Positions 17,858 through 26,418 of a DNA stretch of 64,000 bases are shown piece by piece (within the stretch, counting starts at the first letter, position 1; each line of letters opens with the position of its first letter). Below the pieces are notes generated by a model, which was given only the letters and a program-made list of their open reading frames with translations, had not been told where the DNA came from and did not search any database. The stretch covers positions 2,917-66,916 of the forward strand of contig JAAWQM010000007.1 of assembly GCA_022800525.1 (NCBI GenBank). The letters are read 5' to 3'. Source of the DNA: Oscillospiraceae bacterium (lineage in GTDB: Bacteria > Bacillota > Clostridia > Oscillospirales > Oscillospiraceae). A program made the translations under genes and the position numbers.

Positions 17858-19839
17858 ATGGCGTCCACCTCCGACATGATCTGGGCGTTGGAGAATCCGG
17901 CCAGGTCCATGGCCCCGGACGGGCAGGCCACGGTACACGCGCCGCAGCCCTGGCACACCGCCGGGTTCACCTGGGCCACCCGGCGGACCAGCGTGGTCCG
18001 GTTGGGACCCCGGAACTCCTTGTCGATATAGCTGATGGCCCCGTAGGGACAGACCTTCTCACAGGCCGAACAGCCGTTGCACATCAGCTCGTTGCTGCTT
18101 GCCACGCAGGGGTTGCAGGTCAGATGGTCCTTCACCAGCAGGCCGATGACCTTGCTGGCGGCGGCTCCCGCCTGGGCCACGGTCTCCGGGATGTCCTTGG
18201 GACCCTGGCAGGCCCCGGAGAGGAACACGCCCGCCGTGGGGCTCTCCACAGGCCGCAGCTTGGGGTGGGCCTCAGTGAAGAAATCGTTGGTGTCCATGGA
18301 CGCGGTCAGCATGGTCGCCAGAGGCCGTGCGCTCTTGTCCGGCTCGATGGCGGCGGCGAGGACCACCATGTCCGCGTCGATATGCAGCTGCCGTCCGCCC
18401 AGCAGGTCGCTGGCCTGGACCTTCAGCTTGCCGTTCTCGGGGACCACCTTGCCCACCATGCCCTTGATGTAATGCACGCCGTAGTCCTCCACCGCGCGGC
18501 GGTAGAACTCGTCAAAGTTCTTGCCGGGGGTGCGGACGTCGATGTAAAACACATATACCTCCGTATCGGGGTATTTTTCCCGGGTCAGCATGGCGTGCTT
18601 GGCGGTATACATGCAGCAGATTTTGGAGCAGTAGGGCTTGCCCTTCTCCCCGCCGTCGCAGCGGGAGCCGACGCACTGGACAAACACCAGCGTGTGGGGA
18701 TGCGCGCCGTCGGAGGGCCGCAGCAGCGTCCCGCCGGTGGGACCGGCGGCGTTCATCAGCCGCTCGAACTCCAGGCTCGTCACCACGTCCGGGCTCTGGG
18801 CGTAGGCAAACTCGCCGAACTTCTCCATGGAGATGGGCTCGAAGCCGGTGGCGGCTACAATCGCGCCGTACTCCCGCTCCATGATCTCGTCCTGCTGCCG
18901 GTAGTCGATGGCCCCGGCGGTGCAGACCTTGGAGCACACGCCGCACTTGCCGGTTTTCAGCATGGTGCAGTAGTTGGGGTCGATGGTGGCCACCTTGGGC
19001 ACCGCCTGGGCGAAGGGGATGTAGATGGCCCTGCGGTTGTCCAGCCCCAGGTTGAACTCGTTGGGGACCTTCTTCTGGGGACACTTCTCGGTACACAGGC
19101 CGCAGCCGGTACACTTGGTCTCGTCCACAAACCGGGCCTTTTTACGGATTTTTACAGAGAAATTGCCCACAAAGCCCTTCACGGACTCCACCTCGGCGTA
19201 GGAAATGATGCTGATATTCTCATTCTGCGCCGCGTCCACCATCTTGGGGGTCAGGATGCAGGCCGCGCAGTCTAGGGTGGGGAAGGTCTTGTCGATCTGG
19301 GTCATCTTGCCGCCGATGGTGGGCTTCTTCTCCACGATGTCCACCGGGAACCCGGCGTCGGCGATGTCCAGGGCGGTCTGGATGCCCGCGATGCCGCCGC
19401 CGATGACCAGGGCGCGTTTGATGACGGGGCTGGTCCCGGCGGTGAGGGGGGCGTTGAGCTGGACCTTTGCGATGGCGGCGCGGCCCAGGATGATGGCCTT
19501 TTCCGTGCCGGTCTGCTTGTCCTTGTGAATCCAGGAGCACTGCTCCCGGATGTTGGCAATCTCCACCATGTAGGGGTTCAGCCCCGCCTTCTCGCAGGTC
19601 TTGCGGAAGGTGGCCTCGTGCATCCGGGGGGAGCAGGAGCAGACCACCACGCCGGTCAGAGCGAACTCCCTGATCTTCTCCTGGATCATATCCTGGCCCG
19701 CCTGGGAGCACATGTACTGGTAATTGGCGGAGAACACCACGCCCGGCTCATGGGCCAGCGCGTCGGAAACGGCCTGCACATCCACCGTTGCGGCGATGTT
19801 GCTGCCGCACCAGCATACGAATACGCCAATTTTCTGCAT
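17848..19839 (-). CDS. hdrA: HdrA-type heterodisulfide reductase subunit A (FAD + multiple 4Fe-4S)
   Basis: 663 aa. N-terminal VFVCWCGSNIA, FAD fold ALVIGGGIAGIQTALD, several CxxCxxCxxxCP ferredoxin motifs. Confidence 0.9.
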   Translation of the reverse strand: MQKIGVFVCWCGSNIAATVDVQAVSDALAHEPGVVFSANYQYMCSQAGQDMIQEKIREFALTGVVVCSCSPRMHEATFRKTCEKAGLNPYMVEIANIREQCSWIHKDKQTGTEKAIILGRAAIAKVQLNAPLTAGTSPVIKRALVIGGGIAGIQTALDIADAGFPVDIVEKKPTIGGKMTQIDKTFPTLDCAACILTPKMVDAAQNENISIISYAEVESVKGFVGNFSVKIRKKARFVDETKCTGCGLCTEKCPQKKVPNEFNLGLDNRRAIYIPFAQAVPKVATIDPNYCTMLKTGKCGVCSKVCTAGAIDYRQQDEIMEREYGAIVAATGFEPISMEKFGEFAYAQSPDVVTSLEFERLMNAAGPTGGTLLRPSDGAHPHTLVFVQCVGSRCDGGEKGKPYCSKICCMYTAKHAMLTREKYPDTEVYVFYIDVRTPGKNFDEFYRRAVEDYGVHYIKGMVGKVVPENGKLKVQASDLLGGRQLHIDADMVVLAAAIEPDKSARPLATMLTASMDTNDFFTEAHPKLRPVESPTAGVFLSGACQGPKDIPETVAQAGAAASKVIGLLVKDHLTCNPCVASSNELMCNGCSACEKVCPYGAISYIDKEFRGPNRTTLVRRVAQVNPAVCQGCGACTVACPSGAMDLAGFSNAQIMSEVDAICK

Positions 19840-19853
19840 TCTGTTCTCTCACC

Positions 19854-20234
19854 TCACTTTCTGTATTTTCGGAACGCGCTGGTGATGGCCTGCTGGGGCA
19901 GGTCCTCGTCCAGCAGGGCGGGGATTTGCTCCGGCTTCAGATGGTTCCTGTCCTGCTGGCGGATGACGGCCAGCCGCACCGCCTCAATGAGCCTGGCGGG
20001 CTCCACGCTGCGGGGGCACCGCTCCAGGCAGGCGAAGCAGCTCAGGCACATATAGATGCCCCTGGACGCCATCAGCTCCTCAACGCGCCCGGTCTCCACC
20101 ATGTCCACGAACTGGTGGGGATGGTACTCCATCTCGCCGTAGGCGGGACAGGCGGCGGTACACTTGCCGCACTTCATGCACTTGCGGGGGTTCACGCCGG
20201 AAATGCGCTTGACGGTTTCCGTCATATCCATCAT
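19854..20234 (-). CDS. hdrC: HdrC-type 4Fe-4S subunit
   Basis: 126 aa. CMKCGKCTAACP and CLSCFACLERCP. Confidence 0.85.
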   Translation of the reverse strand: MMDMTETVKRISGVNPRKCMKCGKCTAACPAYGEMEYHPHQFVDMVETGRVEELMASRGIYMCLSCFACLERCPRSVEPARLIEAVRLAVIRQQDRNHLKPEQIPALLDEDLPQQAITSAFRKYRK

Positions 20235-21022
20235 GCGCCCACCTCCTTTACGCCCAGAGCCTCCGCCAGAAGCTCCGTGAAGTACCGCACCGGCAGCTTC
20301 CCGCCGCCGTTGACCCGCAGATTATAGAGGCACAGCGGGCAGGCGGTGATGACCTCCTCCGCGCCCAGGGCGGCGGCGTTGTCCAGCACCTTCCCGGCCT
20401 GCCGGGAGGCGCAGTCCTTGTTCTCGATGGTGGTGTAGCCGCCGCAGCACTCGTTGCGCATGGCGTACACCACCGGCTCGGCCCCGATGGCCCGGATGAA
20501 GTCCTCCAGGATGGTGGGGTTCTCCGGGTCGTCGAAGCCCATTTCACTGCTGGGCCGCAGCAGCAGGCAGCCGTAATAGGCCCCGATCCTCCGGCCCGCC
20601 AGCGGGTTCGCCACCCGCTTTTTCAGCTCCTCGAAGCCCACCCGGTCCCGCAGGACCTCCAGGTAGTGGAGGACCCTGGTCTCTCCGGCGTAGGGCTTTT
20701 CCGGCTTTAAGTAGTTGTTGACGCGGGAACGGATGGTCTCGTCGGTCTGCATGTCACGGTTGACCCGCTTGATGACATGGTGGCAGGCGGAGCAGAGCGT
20801 CACCAGGTCCGTCTCCAGCTCCCCGGCGGACGCCAGGGCCCGCACGGCGGACAGCTTGGTGGCGATCTCATCCTTCGCCTGGGGGTACACCGCGCCGCAG
20901 CACTGCCATTGCGGCAGCTCCCGCAGCTCGATGCCCAGAGCCTCCATGGACCTCCGGCCCCAGATATCCAGGTCCTTCCCCTTTGTTTTCAGGGTGCAGC
21001 CTGGGAAATAGGAATATGTCAC
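20231..21022 (-). CDS. hdrB: HdrB-type subunit with two CCG domains
   Basis: GTG start (CAC 21020-21022) after AAAGGAGAA. TYSYFPGCTLK, WQCCGAV and NECCGGY CCG motifs. ATGA overlap with hdrC. Confidence 0.85.
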   Translation of the reverse strand: MTYSYFPGCTLKTKGKDLDIWGRRSMEALGIELRELPQWQCCGAVYPQAKDEIATKLSAVRALASAGELETDLVTLCSACHHVIKRVNRDMQTDETIRSRVNNYLKPEKPYAGETRVLHYLEVLRDRVGFEELKKRVANPLAGRRIGAYYGCLLLRPSSEMGFDDPENPTILEDFIRAIGAEPVVYAMRNECCGGYTTIENKDCASRQAGKVLDNAAALGAEEVITACPLCLYNLRVNGGGKLPVRYFTELLAEALGVKEVGA

Positions 21023-21044
21023 GGTTGATTCTCCTTTAACGAGA

Positions 21045-21231
21045 GAGTGTTGGGCGTTGCCCAGGCGGTCCTTTGGACCGCCGGACCGGTCGTTGGCCGG
21101 AGGCCAATGACGGTCCCTGGACCCTGCCGCCTTTGCGATTGTGCAATGACCGCATCGAGCGGTCATGCACAATCAGATTTTGCGCAGCCATTCGATATGG
21201 CTGTGCAAAATCGTAGGCGGGCGAAACTTTT
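21045..21231 (+). repeat. modular multi-hairpin repeat, expanded copy B (187 nt, nested hairpins)
   Basis: Same termini as copy A (GAGTGTTGG ... GCGAAACTTTT). Extra nested stems: GGCGGTCC-TTT-GGACCGCC, GATTGTGCAATGACCG/CGGTCATGCACAATC, ATTTTGCGCAGCCAT/ATGGCTGTGCAAAAT. Confidence 0.8.
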
Positions 21232-21247
21232 ATCCTTTGAGTCTGGC

Positions 21248-22195
21248 TCAGAACTCGATAGCCGCGATAGTCTCCTTGAGCTTGTCTGCGCTGCGGCGGA
21301 GCTTGGCCAGCTCGTCCTCGGTGAGGTCGTTGCTGATCTTGCCCCGCACGCCGGTGCTGTCCACCAGATTCAGCACGCTCAGGCATACGTCGCTGATGCC
21401 GTACTCGCCGTTCATCATGGTGGAGATGGTCAGAGCCGTGCCCGCGCCGTTGAAGATGCAGCGCACGATGTGGCATACGGCCATGGCGATGGCGTAGTTG
21501 GTGACGCCCTTGGCGTTGATGACCACCGCGCCGGAGGTGCGGACCGTCTCCTCCATCCTGCCGTACTCCCCGGCGAAATCGATCTCCTCACTGTGGGGGG
21601 CGTGGCCCTTGTACTTGCTGATGTGGTTGTTGGCGATGGTCGCCAGGGACCAGGGGACGAAGGAGGAGTCGCCATGCTCGCCGTAGACGTGGGCGTGGAC
21701 GTTCTTGGGGCTGATGTGGAACTCCTTGGCCAGCTCCGCCTGGAGCCGGGCGGTGTCCAGCACCGTGCCGGAGCCGATGATGCGCTCCGCCGGGATGCCG
21801 GAAATCTTGTGGAACACGTAGGTCATCACGTCCACGGGGTTGGAGACGATGATGTAGATGGCGCCGGGGGCGTGGGGCACCACCTTGGAGGCGATGTCCT
21901 TGAGGATGTTCACGTTGGTCTGGGCCAGCTCCAGCCGGGTCTGTCCGGGCTTGCGGGGCAGGCCGGAGGTGATGATGACAATAGCGGAGTCCGCCGCGTC
22001 CTCATACTGGCCGGAGCGCACGATGGCGGGCGCGCCGAAGGAGGTGCCCTGGTAGATGTCCATGGCCTCGCCGAACGCCTTGTTCTCGTCGATGTCGATG
22101 AGGACAATGTCGGTGGCGGTGCCGGTGACCACCATATCGTTGGCGATGCTGGCGCCCACGCTCCCGGCGCCGATGATGGTGATTTTGTTGCCCAT
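21248..22195 (-). CDS. LDH/MDH-family L-2-hydroxyacid dehydrogenase (LDH scaffold with Arg at the substrate-specificity position)
   Basis: 315 aa from ATG (CAT 22193-22195). KITIIGAGSVGAS NAD fold, GEHGDS catalytic His. The loop ITSGLPRKPGQTRLEL has Arg (codon 21953-21955) where LDHs have Gln. Confidence 0.85.
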   Translation of the reverse strand: MGNKITIIGAGSVGASIANDMVVTGTATDIVLIDIDENKAFGEAMDIYQGTSFGAPAIVRSGQYEDAADSAIVIITSGLPRKPGQTRLELAQTNVNILKDIASKVVPHAPGAIYIIVSNPVDVMTYVFHKISGIPAERIIGSGTVLDTARLQAELAKEFHISPKNVHAHVYGEHGDSSFVPWSLATIANNHISKYKGHAPHSEEIDFAGEYGRMEETVRTSGAVVINAKGVTNYAIAMAVCHIVRCIFNGAGTALTISTMMNGEYGISDVCLSVLNLVDSTGVRGKISNDLTEDELAKLRRSADKLKETIAAIEF

Positions 22196-22539
22196 AGCTG
22201 AATGATCTCCTTTACAGTGATAGTCCGTGAATGAAAGGTATGGAGGACCCCGTCCTGATTGTTTATATTTTAACAAACATGCGGGGAAAAGTAAAGGGGG
22301 CGGCAATGGGAAATTTGTAGATTATTTAACGAACAGCGGGCCTGCTTATGGCGGAATGCACAAAGAAGGAAATTTCCGGTTTCCGGCGGACCGTTTCCGC
22401 CGGAAACCGCCGCCCGTCGCGGGAGCCCGCCCCGGCAAAATGGATTTTCCCCTCCATGCCCCATATTCTCCTTGCCAGACCGCGCCGCTTCCCCTATAAT
22501 AGGGGAAGAAACCATTCATGTCAACAGGAGGCATCTGGT

Positions 22540-23808
22540 ATGAATCTGACCCGCGTGCCCACGCCAGCCCAGTCGGCCTTTCAGGACTGGGAGTTCGGCG
22601 TATTTTTCCACTTCGGCATCCGCACCTTCTATGAGGGCCATGAGGACTGGGACGGCCTGCCCATGCCTGCGCAGGCCTTTGACCCCAAGGAGCTGGACTG
22701 CCGCCAATGGCTCTCCGCCGCCCGCCGGGCCGGGGCGCGGTACGCCATCCTGGTGTGCAAGCACCACGACGGCTTTGCCAACTGGCCCACAAAATACAGC
22801 GATTACTCCGTCGCCAGCACGCCCTGGCGGGGCGGGAAGGGGGACGTCGTCGGGGAATTCACCGCCGCCTGCCGGGCGGAGGGGCTGAAGACGGGCCTGT
22901 ACTATTCTCCGGCGCAGGCGGGGTTCCGGGACTGGACCCCCGGGGCGTACGACGATTATTTTGTGAATCAGATCACCGAGCTGCTGTCCAATTACGGAAC
23001 CATCGACTACCTCTGGTTCGACGCCTGCGGCTCCGGGGACCACCGCTACGATACCGCCCGCATCGTGTCCGTCATCCGCTCGCTCCAGCCGGATATCCTG
23101 CTGTTCAACATGTGGGACCCGGACACCCGCTGGTGCGGCAACGAGTCCGGTCTGGCGGGGGTGGACAACCGCTCCTTCGTCCGGACGGTGGATATCGCCG
23201 TTGACGCGGCCATCCCGGAGACCGTGGAGGGGGGCTGCTATCTGCCTGTGGAGTGCGACTGCTGTATGCGGGGCCACACCTGGTTTTACAGCGGCAGCAA
23301 TGAGCATACCCTGAAAACCCCCGAGGAGCTGTTCGCCCTCTACTGCGCCAGCGTGGGCAACAGCGGCAACCTCCTGCTGAACATTGGCCCGGACCGCCGG
23401 GGGCTGCTGCCGGAGGCGGATGTCTCCCGTCTGCTGGCCCTGGGGGAGCTGGTCCGGCGGCGGCTGGAGGACGCCGCGCTTCCCTGTGCGTTCGCTGCGG
23501 AGGAGAACGGCTACACCGCCCGCTTCGCCCGGTCGGAGGAGGAGGAGCAGCTGGTATACGGCGTGATTCTGGAGGAGGACCTGACGGAGGGGGAGAGGAT
23601 CGACGCCTTTCACATTGAGCTCATGCCCTCCCGCTATGGGGCCCGGATGATTCCGGTCCACATCGGGCGGGCGGTGGGACACAAGCGCATCTGCCTCTTC
23701 CCGCCCATCCGGACCGGGACCGTCCGGGTGGCGGTGGACGCCGCCGCGCCCGGCGCGGGGCTGAAAAAAATCACCGTTCTCAGCCAAGCTCCGCGCCGCA
23801 CACCTTGA
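22540..23808 (+). CDS. alpha-L-fucosidase (GH29-like)
   Basis: ATG 22540 after CAGGAGG. FGVFFHFG and CKHHDGFANWPT motifs typical of GH29. No signal peptide seen. Confidence 0.8.
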   Translation: MNLTRVPTPAQSAFQDWEFGVFFHFGIRTFYEGHEDWDGLPMPAQAFDPKELDCRQWLSAARRAGARYAILVCKHHDGFANWPTKYSDYSVASTPWRGGKGDVVGEFTAACRAEGLKTGLYYSPAQAGFRDWTPGAYDDYFVNQITELLSNYGTIDYLWFDACGSGDHRYDTARIVSVIRSLQPDILLFNMWDPDTRWCGNESGLAGVDNRSFVRTVDIAVDAAIPETVEGGCYLPVECDCCMRGHTWFYSGSNEHTLKTPEELFALYCASVGNSGNLLLNIGPDRRGLLPEADVSRLLALGELVRRRLEDAALPCAFAAEENGYTARFARSEEEEQLVYGVILEEDLTEGERIDAFHIELMPSRYGARMIPVHIGRAVGHKRICLFPPIRTGTVRVAVDAAAPGAGLKKITVLSQAPRRTP

Positions 23809-26236
23809 GGATCATATCACTGCTGCCCACATTGTAGCCGCTGGAGGCGTAGACTGCGTTCAGCGGCTTTGTTGTCACAACGATCAGGGGCAGCTTCTCC
23901 GGATCCACATACATCCTGCGGGCGATGGTCTCCACATTGGGGACGAAGCTGTCATAGCATACCTGGATGTCCGGGAACGCTTCCAGGGTCTGCCGCAGTC
24001 TGGCGTTCTCCAGGGCGGCAGGGCCGCGCACCAGGAATATGATATTCGCCGGGAGCCGCAGAAAGTCCTCCCGCCGCTCCAGCAGCTCGTTGAGGATGTG
24101 CTCCGTCGGCTCCGCGCCCTCCTCCAGCCAGAGCAGGACGGCCCTGCTGGCCGTCAGCCCGCTGCCTGAAACGGCCTGTCCGTCCCCGCCGGTCACCGTG
24201 AATTCCTCCAGGGCGAAATTGTCCAGCATCCGGGACAGATCGGCCTGATATTTCCGCAGACGGACGGCCTTGGTCTCCCCGGCTTCCAGGCGGAAGTGGT
24301 ATTTACTGGCGAAGAGGTCCCCGTTGGGCAGGCGGTTGTCCGTGATGACCCGGTAATCTCCCGGACGGGCGGGGAAGGCAAGCCGCCCGCCGTCCCAGGC
24401 CAGATGGGACAGCTCCAGCGTCCGGTACGCGCCGTCCTCCAGCACACCGGCGGCGAAGTCCGTCCAGTACTGCCAGCTCTCCTCCGGACCCTTTTCGAAG
24501 ACTATGGCGCAGCTCTCCTCCGGCGCGTCCGCCCCGCGAAACCGCCCGGCGTCCCAGTACTCCGGCTGCTGGTCCACGGGATTCAGCCGCGCGGGGATGC
24601 CCAGCGCCCGGCAGATGGACACAAAGAGAAGCTTCTGGGACAGGGGACTGCCGCTGCCCGTGGACAGGGCCCCCACAGGCAGGGTGACGATCTGGCCGTA
24701 CTCTGCGGCGGGATCGTAGCGGACGTGCGCCCGGATGAAATCCAGGATTTCCCGGGGATGCTTCCGGAAAGCCTCCTTCTGCTCCCGGGAGAGGAAGTCC
24801 AGAATGAACCGCCGGTTCGTCCGCAGAGGCTCGTCCCACACCCTGGGGCACGCCACATAGGGATAGAACAGCCCGTCCCCGGCGTTATATTCCCCGGATA
24901 CCTCCAGCGCCTCCCGCAGTACCGCCGGGTCCACGTCCCGCTGGTCCTTCCGGGAGAGGGTCGCCAGCAGGGAGGCTTTCTCCTCCATGGAGAAGCTGCC
25001 GTCCGCCAGGAAGCGGTCCGCGCCGGAGATGTCCAGCTGCCGCCGCGCCCGCTTCCCGGCGGCAGCGGCGGCTTTTTCGCGCCCCAGGGCCTTCTGCTCC
25101 TCTGAGGGCTGGGCCGCGCGGATAATCCGGTCCCGGGGGGCGGCGGCGGCGAAGTCCTCCCAGGTATCCAGGGGCGGAGTCTCCTGCTCCAGCGTAATCT
25201 CCACCGTATCCGCCTCCGGCGTGAACACCATCCGCTCGCAGGCTACGCCGTCCTTCCGGACCCGGACGCAGACGCTGCCCAGGCCGCAGGTGAGCCGCGC
25301 CGTCCCGTCCCCCCCGGTGGTCATGACTGCGGCGGGGAAGAATTCGGACATATTCAGGACGCTGAACGTGACCTCCGCGCCCGCCGCCGCCGCGCCGGAA
25401 GGGTCCGTGACCCGGACCGTCAGCGTCCTGGTCTCCGCGTAACGGCTCAGGTGATTCAGGAACGCCGCCGCGCCCGCCTGGGAGATGACCTCCTCCCCGC
25501 CGCCGCAGGAGCCGAAACGGCGGCTGTGGATGACCATAGCCCGGCTGGCGGCGCTGGTGAACCAGCCCCGGTCCAGCGTCTCCTCCGGCTCGCAGGCCCC
25601 CAGGAAATGCCATCCGCCGTCCACCCAGACCTCCACCCAGGCGTGGTTGTCGTCGCAGTGGGCCCATCGGGGGGTGTAGATTTGCCGCGCGGGGATGCCC
25701 ACGGCCCGGAACGCGTTCACCGCAAAGGTGGATTCCTCCCCGCAGCGTCCGGAGGCGGACTGATATATGGCCAGGGCGGAGCGGGTCCGGCTGTCGGTGG
25801 ACTGATACGTTACCTGCTCCGCGTTCCAGTAGTTGACCTCGATGACCGCCTCCCTGGGGGCGCGGCCCTGGAGCCGGGGGGCCAGACAGTCGTGGAACAG
25901 CCGCCTGCAGTCGCACAGCTCCTCCTCGTTGACCCGGATGTGCAGCACATAGTTGAGGAAGATGTCCTCCGGAACCTCTCTGGCATAGGGGGACCGCTCC
26001 CGCAGGAACACGCCGTGGGCGGCGCAGGACAGGAACAGCTCAAAGCCGTAGTTGGCCCAGTCGCTGAGGGGACTGCTGGCGTAGAGCCACCGCGCCGCCG
26101 CCGCTGTGTCCGGGGACGAAGCCTCCAATGCGTCCAGCCGGGCCCGGATGTCCCGCCCTCCGGGTCCGCACCGGGCCAGCCGGGCCGCAAAGTCCGCCCG
26201 GGCCCCGTCCAGCATCTGCTGTGAAAAGAGCGCCAT
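23780..26236 (-). CDS. multidomain transglutaminase-like cysteine protease-fold protein
   Basis: 818 aa from ATG (CAT 26234-26236) after GGGAGGAA. Transglutaminase core: GRCGEES...GIPARQIYTP...DNHAWVEVW. A second, degenerate GIPAR-containing copy lacks the Cys. Confidence 0.75.
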   Translation of the reverse strand: MALFSQQMLDGARADFAARLARCGPGGRDIRARLDALEASSPDTAAAARWLYASSPLSDWANYGFELFLSCAAHGVFLRERSPYAREVPEDIFLNYVLHIRVNEEELCDCRRLFHDCLAPRLQGRAPREAVIEVNYWNAEQVTYQSTDSRTRSALAIYQSASGRCGEESTFAVNAFRAVGIPARQIYTPRWAHCDDNHAWVEVWVDGGWHFLGACEPEETLDRGWFTSAASRAMVIHSRRFGSCGGGEEVISQAGAAAFLNHLSRYAETRTLTVRVTDPSGAAAAGAEVTFSVLNMSEFFPAAVMTTGGDGTARLTCGLGSVCVRVRKDGVACERMVFTPEADTVEITLEQETPPLDTWEDFAAAAPRDRIIRAAQPSEEQKALGREKAAAAAGKRARRQLDISGADRFLADGSFSMEEKASLLATLSRKDQRDVDPAVLREALEVSGEYNAGDGLFYPYVACPRVWDEPLRTNRRFILDFLSREQKEAFRKHPREILDFIRAHVRYDPAAEYGQIVTLPVGALSTGSGSPLSQKLLFVSICRALGIPARLNPVDQQPEYWDAGRFRGADAPEESCAIVFEKGPEESWQYWTDFAAGVLEDGAYRTLELSHLAWDGGRLAFPARPGDYRVITDNRLPNGDLFASKYHFRLEAGETKAVRLRKYQADLSRMLDNFALEEFTVTGGDGQAVSGSGLTASRAVLLWLEEGAEPTEHILNELLERREDFLRLPANIIFLVRGPAALENARLRQTLEAFPDIQVCYDSFVPNVETIARRMYVDPEKLPLIVVTTKPLNAVYASSGYNVGSSDMILKVCGAELG

Positions 26237-26418
26237 ATGATATTCCTCCCGCATTGCGTCGTTGTGATTCATTGTATACGATACGGCGGAAAAAGGCAAG
26301 GGGGAATGCCGCGCCCTTTTCCGGCGGCCCCGCGTGGGAAAATTTTTCATGGACCGCTTGTGCGGAGGGAAAAGGGGTGGTACAATGGATTCCAATTCGA
26401 CAAAGGAGAGAAACCCAC

